In this document: positions 1-10,132 of the stretch, in pieces
Position numbering within the stretch: position 1 is the stretch's first letter
Layout of the letters: each line of letters begins with the position of its first letter
Assembly: GCA_051892935.1 (NCBI GenBank)
Contig: JBJFGS010000031.1
Location: forward strand, 32,001 to 96,000
Reading direction: 5' to 3'
Origin: Candidatus Coprovivens sp.
Lineage (GTDB): Bacteria > Bacillota_I > Bacilli_A > RF39 > UBA660
DNA: 64,000 bases
The notes under the pieces: generated by a model
Told to the model about the DNA's origin: nothing
What the model saw: only the letters and a program-made list of their open reading frames with translations
The model's database searches: none
Made by a program: the position numbers and the translations under genes

Positions 1-3
1 GAT

Positions 4-936
4 TTGAATAAGAAATGGGAATATAAATTAACACCTCCAAATAATGATGGAAGATATTTAGTATCATCTATTACAGAAGCTAATGATGGTTATATTATAG
101 TTGGATATGTACATGATGATATTACAATTGATGGTATCGATAAAAAAGGAGAAGAAGATGCTTTTATTTTAAAAATTGATAAAGAGGGAAATAAACTTTG
201 GGTTAATACATATGGTGGAACTGATAAAAGAGCATATTTCGCAATTGGAGGTCAAGTTGAGAATGGAAATATTATAGTTATTGGTGATACAGAATATTAT
301 GAAAATAGAACAAAATTATCTGATGAAATCAATATATTTGAATATTCTAATAAAACGGGAGAATTAGTAAGTGTAAAAACACATTTACATTCTGAACAAT
401 TTAGTGGTTCTGGTATTTCAAATATATCTTGTGCTTTTGGTGGAGTAATATCTAATGAAAATGGTTATGTATTTACTGGGTTTACTGCATTTGATGAATT
501 TGATGGACTTAAGCCTTCTGAAAATCCTGATTTTGAAAGATATCATCACAACTCTTTTGTTATATATAATACACAGCCTTCGGTTTACGATATTAATAAA
601 AATGAAAAAAATGGTGGTTCTATTGATTTATCAGCTTCAAATTCTATAGCTGGTGAAGTAATAACTATAATTGTTAATCCTAGTGATGGTTATTTGTTTG
701 ATAATTTAACTATTTTAGATAATGATAATAAAGTTGTTGAATATAGCAAAATGAGTGATAATATGTATTCTTTTGTAATGCCTGATTCGGATGTTTTTAT
801 TGAAGCTTATTTTTTAGAAGAAATAAAAAATCCAGAAACTGGCGATATTATATTGATATCTATTGTGGCTATCTTATTGCTTGTTTTGTGTATTATTTGT
901 ATTAGGAAAAGATTTAATATATTTGTAAATTATTAG
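4..936 (+). CDS. C-terminal part of a cell-wall-anchored surface protein (beta-propeller-like repeats, InlB-B-like domain, NPETG sorting signal); probably truncated by the window edge
   Basis: Ends NPETG + hydrophobic helix + RKR tail (LPXTG-like sorting signal); repeats like ILKIDKEGNKLWVNTYGG; no convincing start before position 4. Confidence 0.65.
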   Translation: MNKKWEYKLTPPNNDGRYLVSSITEANDGYIIVGYVHDDITIDGIDKKGEEDAFILKIDKEGNKLWVNTYGGTDKRAYFAIGGQVENGNIIVIGDTEYYENRTKLSDEINIFEYSNKTGELVSVKTHLHSEQFSGSGISNISCAFGGVISNENGYVFTGFTAFDEFDGLKPSENPDFERYHHNSFVIYNTQPSVYDINKNEKNGGSIDLSASNSIAGEVITIIVNPSDGYLFDNLTILDNDNKVVEYSKMSDNMYSFVMPDSDVFIEAYFLEEIKNPETGDIILISIVAILLLVLCIICIRKRFNIFVNY

Positions 937-1169
937 TTATTTACAAATTCTTTGTAAAAAAATAAGGATATTTTATTACTGAAATATCTTTTTATTTTTC
1001 GACATAATTCGACATATATCTTTATTTTATATATAGTCAATGATATAATGTATATTGTAGGATAGTAGTTCTATATGAGATATGATTTAACCTACGTGAT
1101 TTATCCATAATACTTTGAGTATTTTGGTTAATGATTATTTCTATTTTGATAATGAGGAGGTGAATAAAG

Positions 1170-1661
1170 GTGAAAAAGAAAAGAACATTTTTAGTAGTAG
1201 CTTTATTAGTTGCTGCATTAACTCTTGCTGTAGGTTATTCGGCTATAACTAAAAATTTAGAAGTTACGGGTTCTGCTTCAGCAACTACAGATGATTCTAA
1301 TTTTAAAGTAAGATTTACAGGAACTCCAGCAACAAGTGATGCTGATAAAGTAACAGCTTCAATTACTAGTGAATTAGCTGCAACAATTGATGTTAGTGGC
1401 TTAACTACAACAGGTGATACTGTAACTGCTACTTATACAATTGAAAATTATAGTTCTGAATTAGGAGCTGCTCTTGCAGTAGGAGCTATAACTAATAATA
1501 ATAGTGAATATTTTGAAGTAACAGCTTCATTAGGTGCTGCTTCTATTGCTGCAGGAGCAACAACTACTTTAACTGTGACTGTTAAATTGGTAAAGACTCC
1601 AATTGTAGATCAAACAACAAGTATTAAAGTTCCAGTAACAGCAACTGCAACAACTATTTAG
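1170..1661 (+). CDS. Secreted TasA/CalY-like protein with SipW-class signal peptide
   Basis: MKKKR + hydrophobic stretch + VGYSA cleavage-type motif; Thr/Ala/Ser-rich beta mature region; RBS GGAGGTG; lies just upstream of a SipW-type peptidase. Confidence 0.6.
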   Translation: MKKKRTFLVVALLVAALTLAVGYSAITKNLEVTGSASATTDDSNFKVRFTGTPATSDADKVTASITSELAATIDVSGLTTTGDTVTATYTIENYSSELGAALAVGAITNNNSEYFEVTASLGAASIAAGATTTLTVTVKLVKTPIVDQTTSIKVPVTATATTI

Positions 1662-1696
1662 TGATATTTGGCTTAAAGTAGGCAAGGGGATGAGTT

Positions 1697-2815
1697 ATGA
1701 AAAGAAATCAATTAAAAACGTATTTTTTGCAAGTATTATTGATAATAATTTTAATCCTTGCTCTCTTTAAACCAAATATTGTATCTAATATGGTAATGGC
1801 AATTATTTTGTTTATATATATGATAGTTGTATTTTTCTTGTTAAAGAAAAGAAAAATATTATCTATATATTATAAACAAGTAACTATTTTAATGGTTGGT
1901 TTAGCTATTATTTATTTAGGATTGTTTTATTTATTAGGTGTATACTTTGGTTTTTATAAATCACCTGTTCCTTTTGGATTATGGGGCATAATACATTACA
2001 TTTTACCTTTTTCTGTGATTGTTATTTCATCTGAAATTATTCGATATGTATTCTTATCACAAAAGAGTAAAATGTCTGGTATTTTAACTTTTGTAGCAAT
2101 GGTTCTAATAGATATTGTTTTATATACAAAAGTTTACGATATGGGGAGATTGGATGATATTTTAGCAGCTGTTGGTTTTGTTGCTTTTGCTTCTGTATCT
2201 TGTAACTTATTATATAACTATATTACTAATAGATATGGTTATATGCCAGTTATGATATATCGTCTAATTACAGTTTTATATGCTTATATTATCCCTATTC
2301 TTCCGGATGTATATATATTCTTTAGATCTATTGGTAGAATGATATATCCATATTTAGTTTACTTAGTAATTGAATATACATATTCAAAAACGAAAGTAGC
2401 TAGTGAATATAGATTTAGAAATCTAAGATTAATTAATACGACAATACTAGTTGTTGTAATAGGATTATTAGCAATGCTTATATCATGTAAATTTAAGTAT
2501 GGTATTTTAGTAATTGGTTCTGAAAGCATGACAGGAGCTATTAATAAAGGTGATTCAATTATATATGAAAGTTATAATAATCAATCTCTTAGTGAAAACG
2601 ATATTATAGTTTTTGAAAATAATAATATGCAAGTAGTTCATAGAATTGTTGATATAAAAAATGTTAATAACAAAAATCGTTACTATACAAAAGGTGATTT
2701 TAACCAGAGTAAAGATATTGGTTATATTACAGATGAAGATATAATTGGAATAGTAAAATATAGAATTCCATATATTGGATATCCAACCTTATGGTTGAAA
2801 GAAATGATTGATTAG
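1697..2815 (+). CDS. Multi-TM membrane protein fused to a C-terminal SipW/S26B-type signal peptidase I
   Basis: Motifs GSESM..GD, VVHRIV (Ser/His dyad), YYTKGDFN, IPYIGY; multiple N-terminal TM helices. Confidence 0.8.
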   Translation: MKRNQLKTYFLQVLLIIILILALFKPNIVSNMVMAIILFIYMIVVFFLLKKRKILSIYYKQVTILMVGLAIIYLGLFYLLGVYFGFYKSPVPFGLWGIIHYILPFSVIVISSEIIRYVFLSQKSKMSGILTFVAMVLIDIVLYTKVYDMGRLDDILAAVGFVAFASVSCNLLYNYITNRYGYMPVMIYRLITVLYAYIIPILPDVYIFFRSIGRMIYPYLVYLVIEYTYSKTKVASEYRFRNLRLINTTILVVVIGLLAMLISCKFKYGILVIGSESMTGAINKGDSIIYESYNNQSLSENDIIVFENNNMQVVHRIVDIKNVNNKNRYYTKGDFNQSKDIGYITDEDIIGIVKYRIPYIGYPTLWLKEMID

Positions 2816-2830
2816 AAAGGAGTAGAATAT

Positions 2831-3946
2831 ATGAAAAGAAAACAAGTTAATGCTATATTAGTTGATCAAACTATAAGAAGAAGAAAAATATTAAATTATA
2901 TATTTATAATTATTGCTTTAACAATCTTATTTAGTTTTTTCTTAGCTTTATATATTTTGAATAATAAAGTTTATTATGTTAATTATAAAGAAAATAGTGA
3001 ACTTGATTATAAAGTATATCTAAAAGAAAATGAATTCTTTGATACTAATTATTTAGGTAAGGATCGTCAGTATATAGCTAGTATAATTGATTATATAGAT
3101 GCTAATTTTAATTATAAATTAGAAGTCGATGATAAAGATATAGATTATCAATATTCTTATAAAATAGTAGCAAATGTAGATGTAAAGGAAAAGAATTCTG
3201 ATAATAGTCTTTATAGTTATAGTAAAGTATTAGAGCAAAAAGATTCTATTGATACAAATAGTAATACTGATTTAATAATATATAAAGATTTAAAAGTAGA
3301 TTATAACTATTATAATGAACTTATTAAAAAATTTGTTAATACTTATGGTTTAGATGATACTGAAAGTACATTAACAATTAGTATGTATGTTAATGTATTA
3401 GGTAATTGTGATAGCGTTGATTTTAATAAAAATGAATCAGTTATTTCATTAGTAATTCCTTTAACTACAAAAACAGTTGGTATTGATATTAGTTATGACT
3501 TATTAGATGAAGATTTAGAAAATATTATGATATGTAAGGATAGCAATTATTTCGGTACAATACTAATTATAATGATGATTATTGTTTTAGGTGCTGATGT
3601 TTATTATGTTGTTGCTCTTTCAAAGTATGTAGTTATTACTAGAACTGCTGAAACTATATATGATAAGGAATTAAAGAAAATACTAAATAATTATAAGAGT
3701 TATATTCAAAAGATTAATAATGAATTTGATTTAAGAGGATACCAAGTATTAAAAGTTGATACTTTTAATGATATGTTAGAAATAAGAGATACTGTTTGTG
3801 AACCTATTTTAATGGTAGAAAATAAAGAAAAAACAGGTGTATTCTTCTTAATACCAAGCAGTAATAAAATATTATATTCTTATAGTTTAAAAGTAAGTAC
3901 AATAAAAAAAGAGATAAGAAAAAATGAATACAGTAAGAAGTCATAA
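2831..3946 (+). CDS. Membrane protein, DUF5305-like (SipW-operon associated)
   Basis: Two TM helices flanking an extracellular beta domain; C-terminal VDTFNDMLEIRD..EPIL motif; operon context. Confidence 0.55.
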   Translation: MKRKQVNAILVDQTIRRRKILNYIFIIIALTILFSFFLALYILNNKVYYVNYKENSELDYKVYLKENEFFDTNYLGKDRQYIASIIDYIDANFNYKLEVDDKDIDYQYSYKIVANVDVKEKNSDNSLYSYSKVLEQKDSIDTNSNTDLIIYKDLKVDYNYYNELIKKFVNTYGLDDTESTLTISMYVNVLGNCDSVDFNKNESVISLVIPLTTKTVGIDISYDLLDEDLENIMICKDSNYFGTILIIMMIIVLGADVYYVVALSKYVVITRTAETIYDKELKKILNNYKSYIQKINNEFDLRGYQVLKVDTFNDMLEIRDTVCEPILMVENKEKTGVFFLIPSSNKILYSYSLKVSTIKKEIRKNEYSKKS

Positions 3947-5111
3947 AAATATGCAAAAACATGTTAGATATTATAAAATATTTCCTATTCTAATTCTTTT
4001 CTCTTTTTTCTTTATTAGTATAGGGTATGCTGCTATAAATTCTATTACTATGGAAGTTAGTGGTGTTGCTGTTGCTAATGTTCAAACAGGGGTCTTTATA
4101 ACTAGTGCAACAACAAATGATTCGTTATCTACTGTTGATAATTATTATAAAACAATGCTTGAAAGTACGACTACTTTATCAACAACAATTTCAACTTCAT
4201 CTGTGGTTTATACTATTACAATATTTAATAATACTTTAGAAAAACAAACATTTACTGGTGTTAAATATGAAGAAGAATTCTATGATAATGAAAATATAGT
4301 ATTTGAACTAGATGGAATAGCTGTTGGAGATTCTTTAGAACCAAATGAAAGTAAAACATTTAATATTTCTTTCCATTATTTAGATTATAATATCGTAAGT
4401 AATAATGTTTTAAAATCATATTTAAATTTTGAATTTAAGAAAACTTATTCTGTTCAATATATAAATTTTTCAGATGATGAAGTTACTACTAATAATTATC
4501 CAACGATGGCTATTGAAGGGGAATCTTTAGTAGTTAATTTTGTAGATGTTGTACCTAATCTAGTAGTTAGTATGGATGATAATGAATTATTAAAAGATAC
4601 TGATTATAGATATGTTGATAATGTTTTAACAATACCTAATGTTAATGGTGATATTATAATTAGAATTAATACAATAGTTGGTCCTGTTCAAGGAACAGAT
4701 GGTAATTACTTTGAGGGTAGTGCTATACCTGGAAATGGTACTGTATTAGAAGATAAATGGACTGGTGATGTTTATAATTTAACACTTGGAATACCGGCTG
4801 GTATTGGATCTGTTACTACTTATACTTATACAGTTAGGTTAACTAATAATACAGAGTATGTTTGGACTAATTTGCAAAATACAGATACAATTATAAATTC
4901 TGGTGGTGGTTTTTTAGGAAAAGCATTACAAGGATTTAGTTCTTCATTATCAAGTAATACTTTAAATCCAGGAGAGACATTAACTATTACATTTACTATT
5001 AGATATAGAGTTAATTTTGATTGTTCAGCACAAGGACAAACTATAATAAAATTAAATACTAATGGTGAAGAAAAGCAAATTGAACTTAATATTAATTTCT
5101 CAATGACTTAG
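3924..5111 (+). CDS. Secreted protein with SipW-class signal peptide and Ig-like domains
   Basis: N-terminal hydrophobic helix ending SIGYAA; beta-rich repeats (YTITIFNN..LEPNES, YTVRLTNN..LNPGET). Confidence 0.55.
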   Translation: MNTVRSHKNMQKHVRYYKIFPILILFSFFFISIGYAAINSITMEVSGVAVANVQTGVFITSATTNDSLSTVDNYYKTMLESTTTLSTTISTSSVVYTITIFNNTLEKQTFTGVKYEEEFYDNENIVFELDGIAVGDSLEPNESKTFNISFHYLDYNIVSNNVLKSYLNFEFKKTYSVQYINFSDDEVTTNNYPTMAIEGESLVVNFVDVVPNLVVSMDDNELLKDTDYRYVDNVLTIPNVNGDIIIRINTIVGPVQGTDGNYFEGSAIPGNGTVLEDKWTGDVYNLTLGIPAGIGSVTTYTYTVRLTNNTEYVWTNLQNTDTIINSGGGFLGKALQGFSSSLSSNTLNPGETLTITFTIRYRVNFDCSAQGQTIIKLNTNGEEKQIELNINFSMT

Positions 5112-5206
5112 TGTATACTAGTATATTGAAGGAGATTAAATTTTTTGAGTAGTATATTTGCTTGTATAAATTTGAAATAAGTTAATATTTTCAAAGTACG
5201 AATAGT

Positions 5207-5250
5207 AATTTCTAAAGTGCAATTTTGGCACTTTAGAAATTTCTTTTTTT
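5207..5250 (+). terminator. Intrinsic terminator after the SipW operon
   Basis: AATTTCTAAAGTGC-loop-GCACTTTAGAAATT followed by a T-tract. Confidence 0.7.
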
Positions 5251-5312
5251 ATTTATGTAATACTAACAAATGATAACTTTTTTGTTATAATGTTATTAAT
5301 GGAGGTGCTAGA

Positions 5313-6161
5313 ATGTCTGAAAAAGAATTAGATTCAAGTATAAATGATTATATTGAAACTGAAACACCTAAAAATTATATAAAACAATTGCAATGGGATA
5401 TGGCTATTGGACTTCAAGAAGTTGATAACTTAAAACCATCTAAGTATTTAGAAAAGTTGTTACAAGAAAATGTAACAGGTGAAAAAACAATTTATGAAGT
5501 TGAACATGAATTAAAACAATATTATGTAGAAAAAGATATAACTGATAAAATAATACAAGGAGAATTTGAATGTGATTTAGTTTCAACTAGAATAGTTCAA
5601 TTACTAGAAGAAGATAATTTTGAATTATCAGTAGACTATATAAAATATATTCATGAATATTTATTTAAAGATGTTTATGAATTTGCAGGAGAATTTAGAA
5701 AAGTAGATTTTTCTAAACATGAAAAGATATTAAATAATGATTCAGTTGCTTATGGTGATTGCAAACTATTAGAACAATCATTAGATTATGATATATCATT
5801 AGAAAAAAATAAGAACTATAATGAAATGAATATAGTTGATGTAATTAATAATATAACTAACTTTTCTTCAAGTATATGGCAAATACATCCATTTAGAGAA
5901 GGTAATACTAGAACTACTGCAGTATTTATAGAAAAGTATTTAGTATCACTTGGATATGATGTAGATAATACTATGTTTAAAGATAAATCTGTTTATTATA
6001 GAAATGCTTTAGTAAGAAGTAATTATTTTAATAATTATTTAAATATTAAAGAAGATAATAGTTTTTTAGTTAAATTTTATGAAAACTTATTATTAGGTAA
6101 AAATAATAATTTACATTCAAAAGATTTGATTGTAGAAGAGTTGTTTGATAAGAATAATTAG
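5313..6161 (+). CDS. Fic-domain protein (N-terminal VbhA-like helix, class II Fic-like)
   Basis: Fic motif HPFREGNTRTT; N-terminal AIGLQEVDNL segment; TGTTATAAT promoter and GGAGG RBS upstream. Confidence 0.85.
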   Translation: MSEKELDSSINDYIETETPKNYIKQLQWDMAIGLQEVDNLKPSKYLEKLLQENVTGEKTIYEVEHELKQYYVEKDITDKIIQGEFECDLVSTRIVQLLEEDNFELSVDYIKYIHEYLFKDVYEFAGEFRKVDFSKHEKILNNDSVAYGDCKLLEQSLDYDISLEKNKNYNEMNIVDVINNITNFSSSIWQIHPFREGNTRTTAVFIEKYLVSLGYDVDNTMFKDKSVYYRNALVRSNYFNNYLNIKEDNSFLVKFYENLLLGKNNNLHSKDLIVEELFDKNN

Positions 6162-6320
6162 ATGCTGATACGAACTTATTGATATTAGGTTTGTATCAGT
6201 TTTTTTAATGGTTATTAAAATAAAAAAGTATCATTGATACTATTTTTTGTTGACTTCGATAAAATAGTGAATATAATAATAGGTAATAAATAGGGTCCCA
6301 TAAGGGTAGAAAGGAAATAA

Positions 6321-6665
6321 ATGAAGTGAAGGGCAATTAATGAGGAAGTAGCAGAATATTTAAAAGATGTAAGAAGAATAATTAAGAAACCTAACAATTT
6401 AATAATGTCTGATAATAGAGAAAAGAATAAAAATTTTTATAAGAAGTTTAAGTATGATAGAAAAAGAGTAATTAATGTATTAAATAAATTAAAAAAAGAA
6501 GATTTTAGATATAAAACAAAGAATGAACATGAAACTTATGAATATGAATATTTATATGTATTTAGTATATGTTGTGAAGAGAATATAGAAGTGTATTTAA
6601 AGATTAATAAATTAACAAATAAAGTAATAATAGTTTCTATGCATGAAACAGAATATAAGGTTTAG
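6321..6665 (+). CDS. MqsR/RelE-like toxin of a type II TA pair; frame open from 6330, RBS-linked ATG at 6321 followed by in-frame TGA at 6327
   Basis: Frame reads RAINEEVAEYLKDVRRII..NREKNKNF..VYLKI..IIVSMH; the C-terminal YLKI/VSxH pattern is typical of MqsR-like toxins; abuts the antitoxin gene. Confidence 0.6.
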
Positions 6666-6674
6666 GTGAGATTT

Positions 6675-7676
6675 ATGAAAAAGTTTTGTGATAAATGTTT
6701 AAAAGATGTAGAAGTAGTTTATAAAGAAGAGAATACAAAAGAATTTATTGATGATATAGAAATAGAATATTTAGAAAAGTATTATATATGTAAAGAATGT
6801 AATCATGAATTCTATGATGATCTTCATGATTATAATATTGATGCAGCTAATTATGAATATAGAAAAGCGATAGGAATGATTACAATTCCTGAAATAGAAG
6901 AAATAATAGAAAAATATAATATAGGTAAAAAGCCATTATCTTTAATATTAGGACTAGGTGAAATAACTATTACTAGATATTTAGATGGTCAGAATCCTAC
7001 TAAAGAAAATTCAGAGTTATTAAAGAATATAAAAGATAATCCTTGTTTATATGAATTATATTTATTAGGTAATAAAGATAAAATAACTGAAGTAGCATTT
7101 AAGAAATCATTAGGTAAAACTAAGCAGTTACAGATGAATGAAGAACATTCTAAGTTATATGATAGTGCTTTATATATAGTAAAAAAATTAGAAGATACTA
7201 CTCCTTTAGCAATACAAAAAATATTATATTTTGCACAATGTTTTAGTAATAAGTTTATGAAGAAGACATTATTTGTAATGCCAGCTGAAGCTTGGATACA
7301 TGGCCCAGTATATAGAGACATATATGATTGTTTTTCATATTATAAAAATAATGCTATAAATTATAGTGAATTATTAAGTGAACATGAATTTAGTTTAGAT
7401 ACAGAAGAAAAAGAATATTTAGATTCTATTATTAAGTATTTTGGATGTTATAGTGCGAGAGTTTTAAGAGAGATGACTCATTTAACTAAGCCATGGCAAA
7501 TGGCTCGTGAAGGTTTAAATAAAGATGAATCTTCTAATAGAATTATTGATTTAAAAGATGTTAATTATTATGTAGATGAAATTAGTAAAGAATATAATAT
7601 AAATAAAATAGATGACTTAAAGCAATATAGTACTGACTTATTTGAGAAGGCTTTGAGTAATTTGGAGAGTAGATAA
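6675..7676 (+). CDS. Antitoxin: MqsA-like Zn finger + HTH fused to a Panacea (DUF4065/SocA-like) domain
   Basis: CDKC...CKEC; LSLILGLGEITITRY HTH; IQKILYFAQ, EAWIHGPV, LREMTH..PW Panacea motifs. Confidence 0.85.
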   Translation: MKKFCDKCLKDVEVVYKEENTKEFIDDIEIEYLEKYYICKECNHEFYDDLHDYNIDAANYEYRKAIGMITIPEIEEIIEKYNIGKKPLSLILGLGEITITRYLDGQNPTKENSELLKNIKDNPCLYELYLLGNKDKITEVAFKKSLGKTKQLQMNEEHSKLYDSALYIVKKLEDTTPLAIQKILYFAQCFSNKFMKKTLFVMPAEAWIHGPVYRDIYDCFSYYKNNAINYSELLSEHEFSLDTEEKEYLDSIIKYFGCYSARVLREMTHLTKPWQMAREGLNKDESSNRIIDLKDVNYYVDEISKEYNINKIDDLKQYSTDLFEKALSNLESR

Positions 7677-8216
7677 GGGGCATGCTTTTTTAGTGTTTTT
7701 TTAGAAAGTGAAATGACTTATATGTTTTCGAGTAAGATGAGTAATATAAATTCTAGTTTTTATTAAAAAATGATAAAGCTTAATCTAAATAATTATTTTA
7801 ATTATCTAAAAAGATGACAGATTCTTGATGTAGAGTTATTCTTAAAGAATTTTCATCTAGATGGGAACTAAAAGATATGTAATCAACTGGCTGTCAACTA
7901 GCTTTATGGAATTGACTATTAGATAATAATTGCGAAATTATCTTATAGTAAAATAAATTCTCGTAAAAGGGAACTTTTAGAAAAATATTAATAAAATAAC
8001 AACTGTGTTGTAAATGGAACACTTGGGAAATAATAGTAAATAATAATCAATGTATATTAAATTTATGAAAGCAATATATAGCTAATATGATTAGTTTTTA
8101 GACATCGCGACCAAAACATTTGAAATTAGAATATTTATGATATCTAATGTTTAGATATAAATCGACAAATATTGCACATTTTTATAGTGTAATAAAAAAG
8201 AAGAGGAGATGATTTA

Positions 8217-9737
8217 ATGACTGAAGCTGAAGTAATTGAGATAATAGAATATTTAAAAACGTACAAAACTGAAACAAATAAAATAGAAGCAAAGACTGCT
8301 TCAGTAGATTTTCCTAAAAAATGTTATGATACTTTTTCTAGTTTTTCAAATAAATATGGTGGAGTTATTATATTTGGTGTAAATGAAGAAAAAGGTTTTG
8401 AAATAGAAGGTGTTTATGATTTAAATGACTTACAAAAGAAAATAAGTTCATTATGTAGCGATTCAATGTCACCAGCCATAAGACCTGATATTTTACCTAT
8501 AAAGTATGAGGGGAAAGATTTACTAGCAGTTAAAGTTGATGAGATAATACAAAATAAAAAACCATGTTTTTACATTCCTAAAGGATTAAATAAAGGATCT
8601 TATACAAGAGTTGGTGATAGCGATGAAATAATGACTGATTACGAAATATATGCTTTACAAAGTTATAATGATCATATATTTGAAGATACTAGACCAACAA
8701 GAAGGTCTACAGTTGAAGATTTAAATCATGAAGAATTGATTAAATATGTAAATAAAGTAAAGGAAAGTAAGCCAAACTTTGCAAAAAATGACTTTGATAA
8801 ATGTTTGAAACTATGCGGCATAACAGATAATAGTGAAGACAAAGTATACCCAACGTTAGCTGGGACTATGTTATTTGGTGAATATCCTCAATCATATTAT
8901 CCACAATTATTTGTTGCATGTGTTGTTGTACCGGGCATAGAATTAGGTGATACTGGTGCAATGGGAGAAAGGTTTATTGATAATAAAAGAATTGAAGGTA
9001 CTATCGAAGAAATGATAACAGGTACTATGAACTTTTTAACACGTAACATGAAAACAAGCGTTATCATAGATTCTAGAGGCCAAAGAATTAATAGAACTGA
9101 ATATCCGTTAGAAGCATTAAGAGAAGCTGTTGCTAATTCTCTTATTCATAGAGATTATAGTACACAAACAGAAAATGCTTATGTTTCTGTATACATGTAT
9201 AACGATAGAATAGAAATTATTAATCCAGGTACACTTTATGGAACAAATAAACTTGAAAAATTAGGAACAGCAACAACTATGGAATCAAGAAACCCAACAA
9301 TTGTAAAAATTCTTGAAGAAAAAGGAGACGTAATTGAAAATCGACATTCAGGAATACCTACAATGAAAAGAGAAATGAAAAAATATGGATTACCTGAACC
9401 AGAGTTTTATGAAGAAAGAGATAGTTTTAAAGTAATATTTAGAAATACTAGTCCTAAACTTGATCAACAAGTTAGTGATCAAGTTAGTGGTCAAGTCGGT
9501 GGTCAAGTCAGTGGTCAAGTCAGTGAACAACAAAAATTAGTATTGAACTTTTGTATACAACAAAAATCAACTAAAGAAATAATGTTACACCTTGGAATTA
9601 ATTCTAGAAGATATATTAGAGAAAAAATAATTAAACCTTTAGTTGATGAAGGTAGATTAGATTATACTAATAAAAACCATATTAATGCGAGTAATCAAAA
9701 ATATATAACAGTAAAAAATGAAGAAACAGAAAAATAA
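8217..9737 (+). CDS. AlbA_2/Schlafen-like domain + RecG-C-like ATPase (HATPase_c_4) + wHTH protein
   Basis: IEAK..SSFSNKYGGVIIFGV; YPLEALREAVANSLIHRDY; SRNPTI; C-terminal HTH. Confidence 0.85.
   Translation: MTEAEVIEIIEYLKTYKTETNKIEAKTASVDFPKKCYDTFSSFSNKYGGVIIFGVNEEKGFEIEGVYDLNDLQKKISSLCSDSMSPAIRPDILPIKYEGKDLLAVKVDEIIQNKKPCFYIPKGLNKGSYTRVGDSDEIMTDYEIYALQSYNDHIFEDTRPTRRSTVEDLNHEELIKYVNKVKESKPNFAKNDFDKCLKLCGITDNSEDKVYPTLAGTMLFGEYPQSYYPQLFVACVVVPGIELGDTGAMGERFIDNKRIEGTIEEMITGTMNFLTRNMKTSVIIDSRGQRINRTEYPLEALREAVANSLIHRDYSTQTENAYVSVYMYNDRIEIINPGTLYGTNKLEKLGTATTMESRNPTIVKILEEKGDVIENRHSGIPTMKREMKKYGLPEPEFYEERDSFKVIFRNTSPKLDQQVSDQVSGQVGGQVSGQVSEQQKLVLNFCIQQKSTKEIMLHLGINSRRYIREKIIKPLVDEGRLDYTNKNHINASNQKYITVKNEETEK
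9468..9527 (+). repeat. 5 x 12-bp imperfect coding tandem repeat (QVSG-type linker)
   Basis: caagttagtgat caagttagtggt caagtcggtggt caagtcagtggt caagtcagtgaa. Confidence 0.85.
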
Positions 9738-10132
9738 TTTTTCTGTTTTTTGTTTTATAATGAAAACGATTATAAAATTACTTTATTAGGTGAATTACTT
9801 TTTAAATATGGAGTTAATAATGGTGGTATAAAAGAAGATAAATAGAAATTTATTTTATTTTGGGATAATATCAATTACTTTTGTTTTTGTTTGAGCATAA
9901 TTTTATATAGTAACAACTTAATGAATATATTTTAATAATATATATAGTTAATTATAGTATGTAAGTATATCTATATATAATAGTATTAATCTTTATAACT
10001 AGTATAGTTATAAAAAAGACTATATAATCTTATATACTAAAGGAGATTAAGTATTAATCTCTTTTTCTTTGTTGTTCTCTTGTTTTATTTAGGAGAAAGA
10101 TTATAATATGTGGTAGAAGAGAGGTAGAGTGT

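Noticed and set aside
6327-6329. TGA read as Trp (translation table 4)
   Set aside because: TGA terminates genes elsewhere (cas2/csn2 ATGA overlap) and Trp is encoded by TGG in conserved genes
7677-8216. 540-bp intergenic region, possible decayed gene
   Set aside because: No recognisable frame, repeat or RNA motif found by eye
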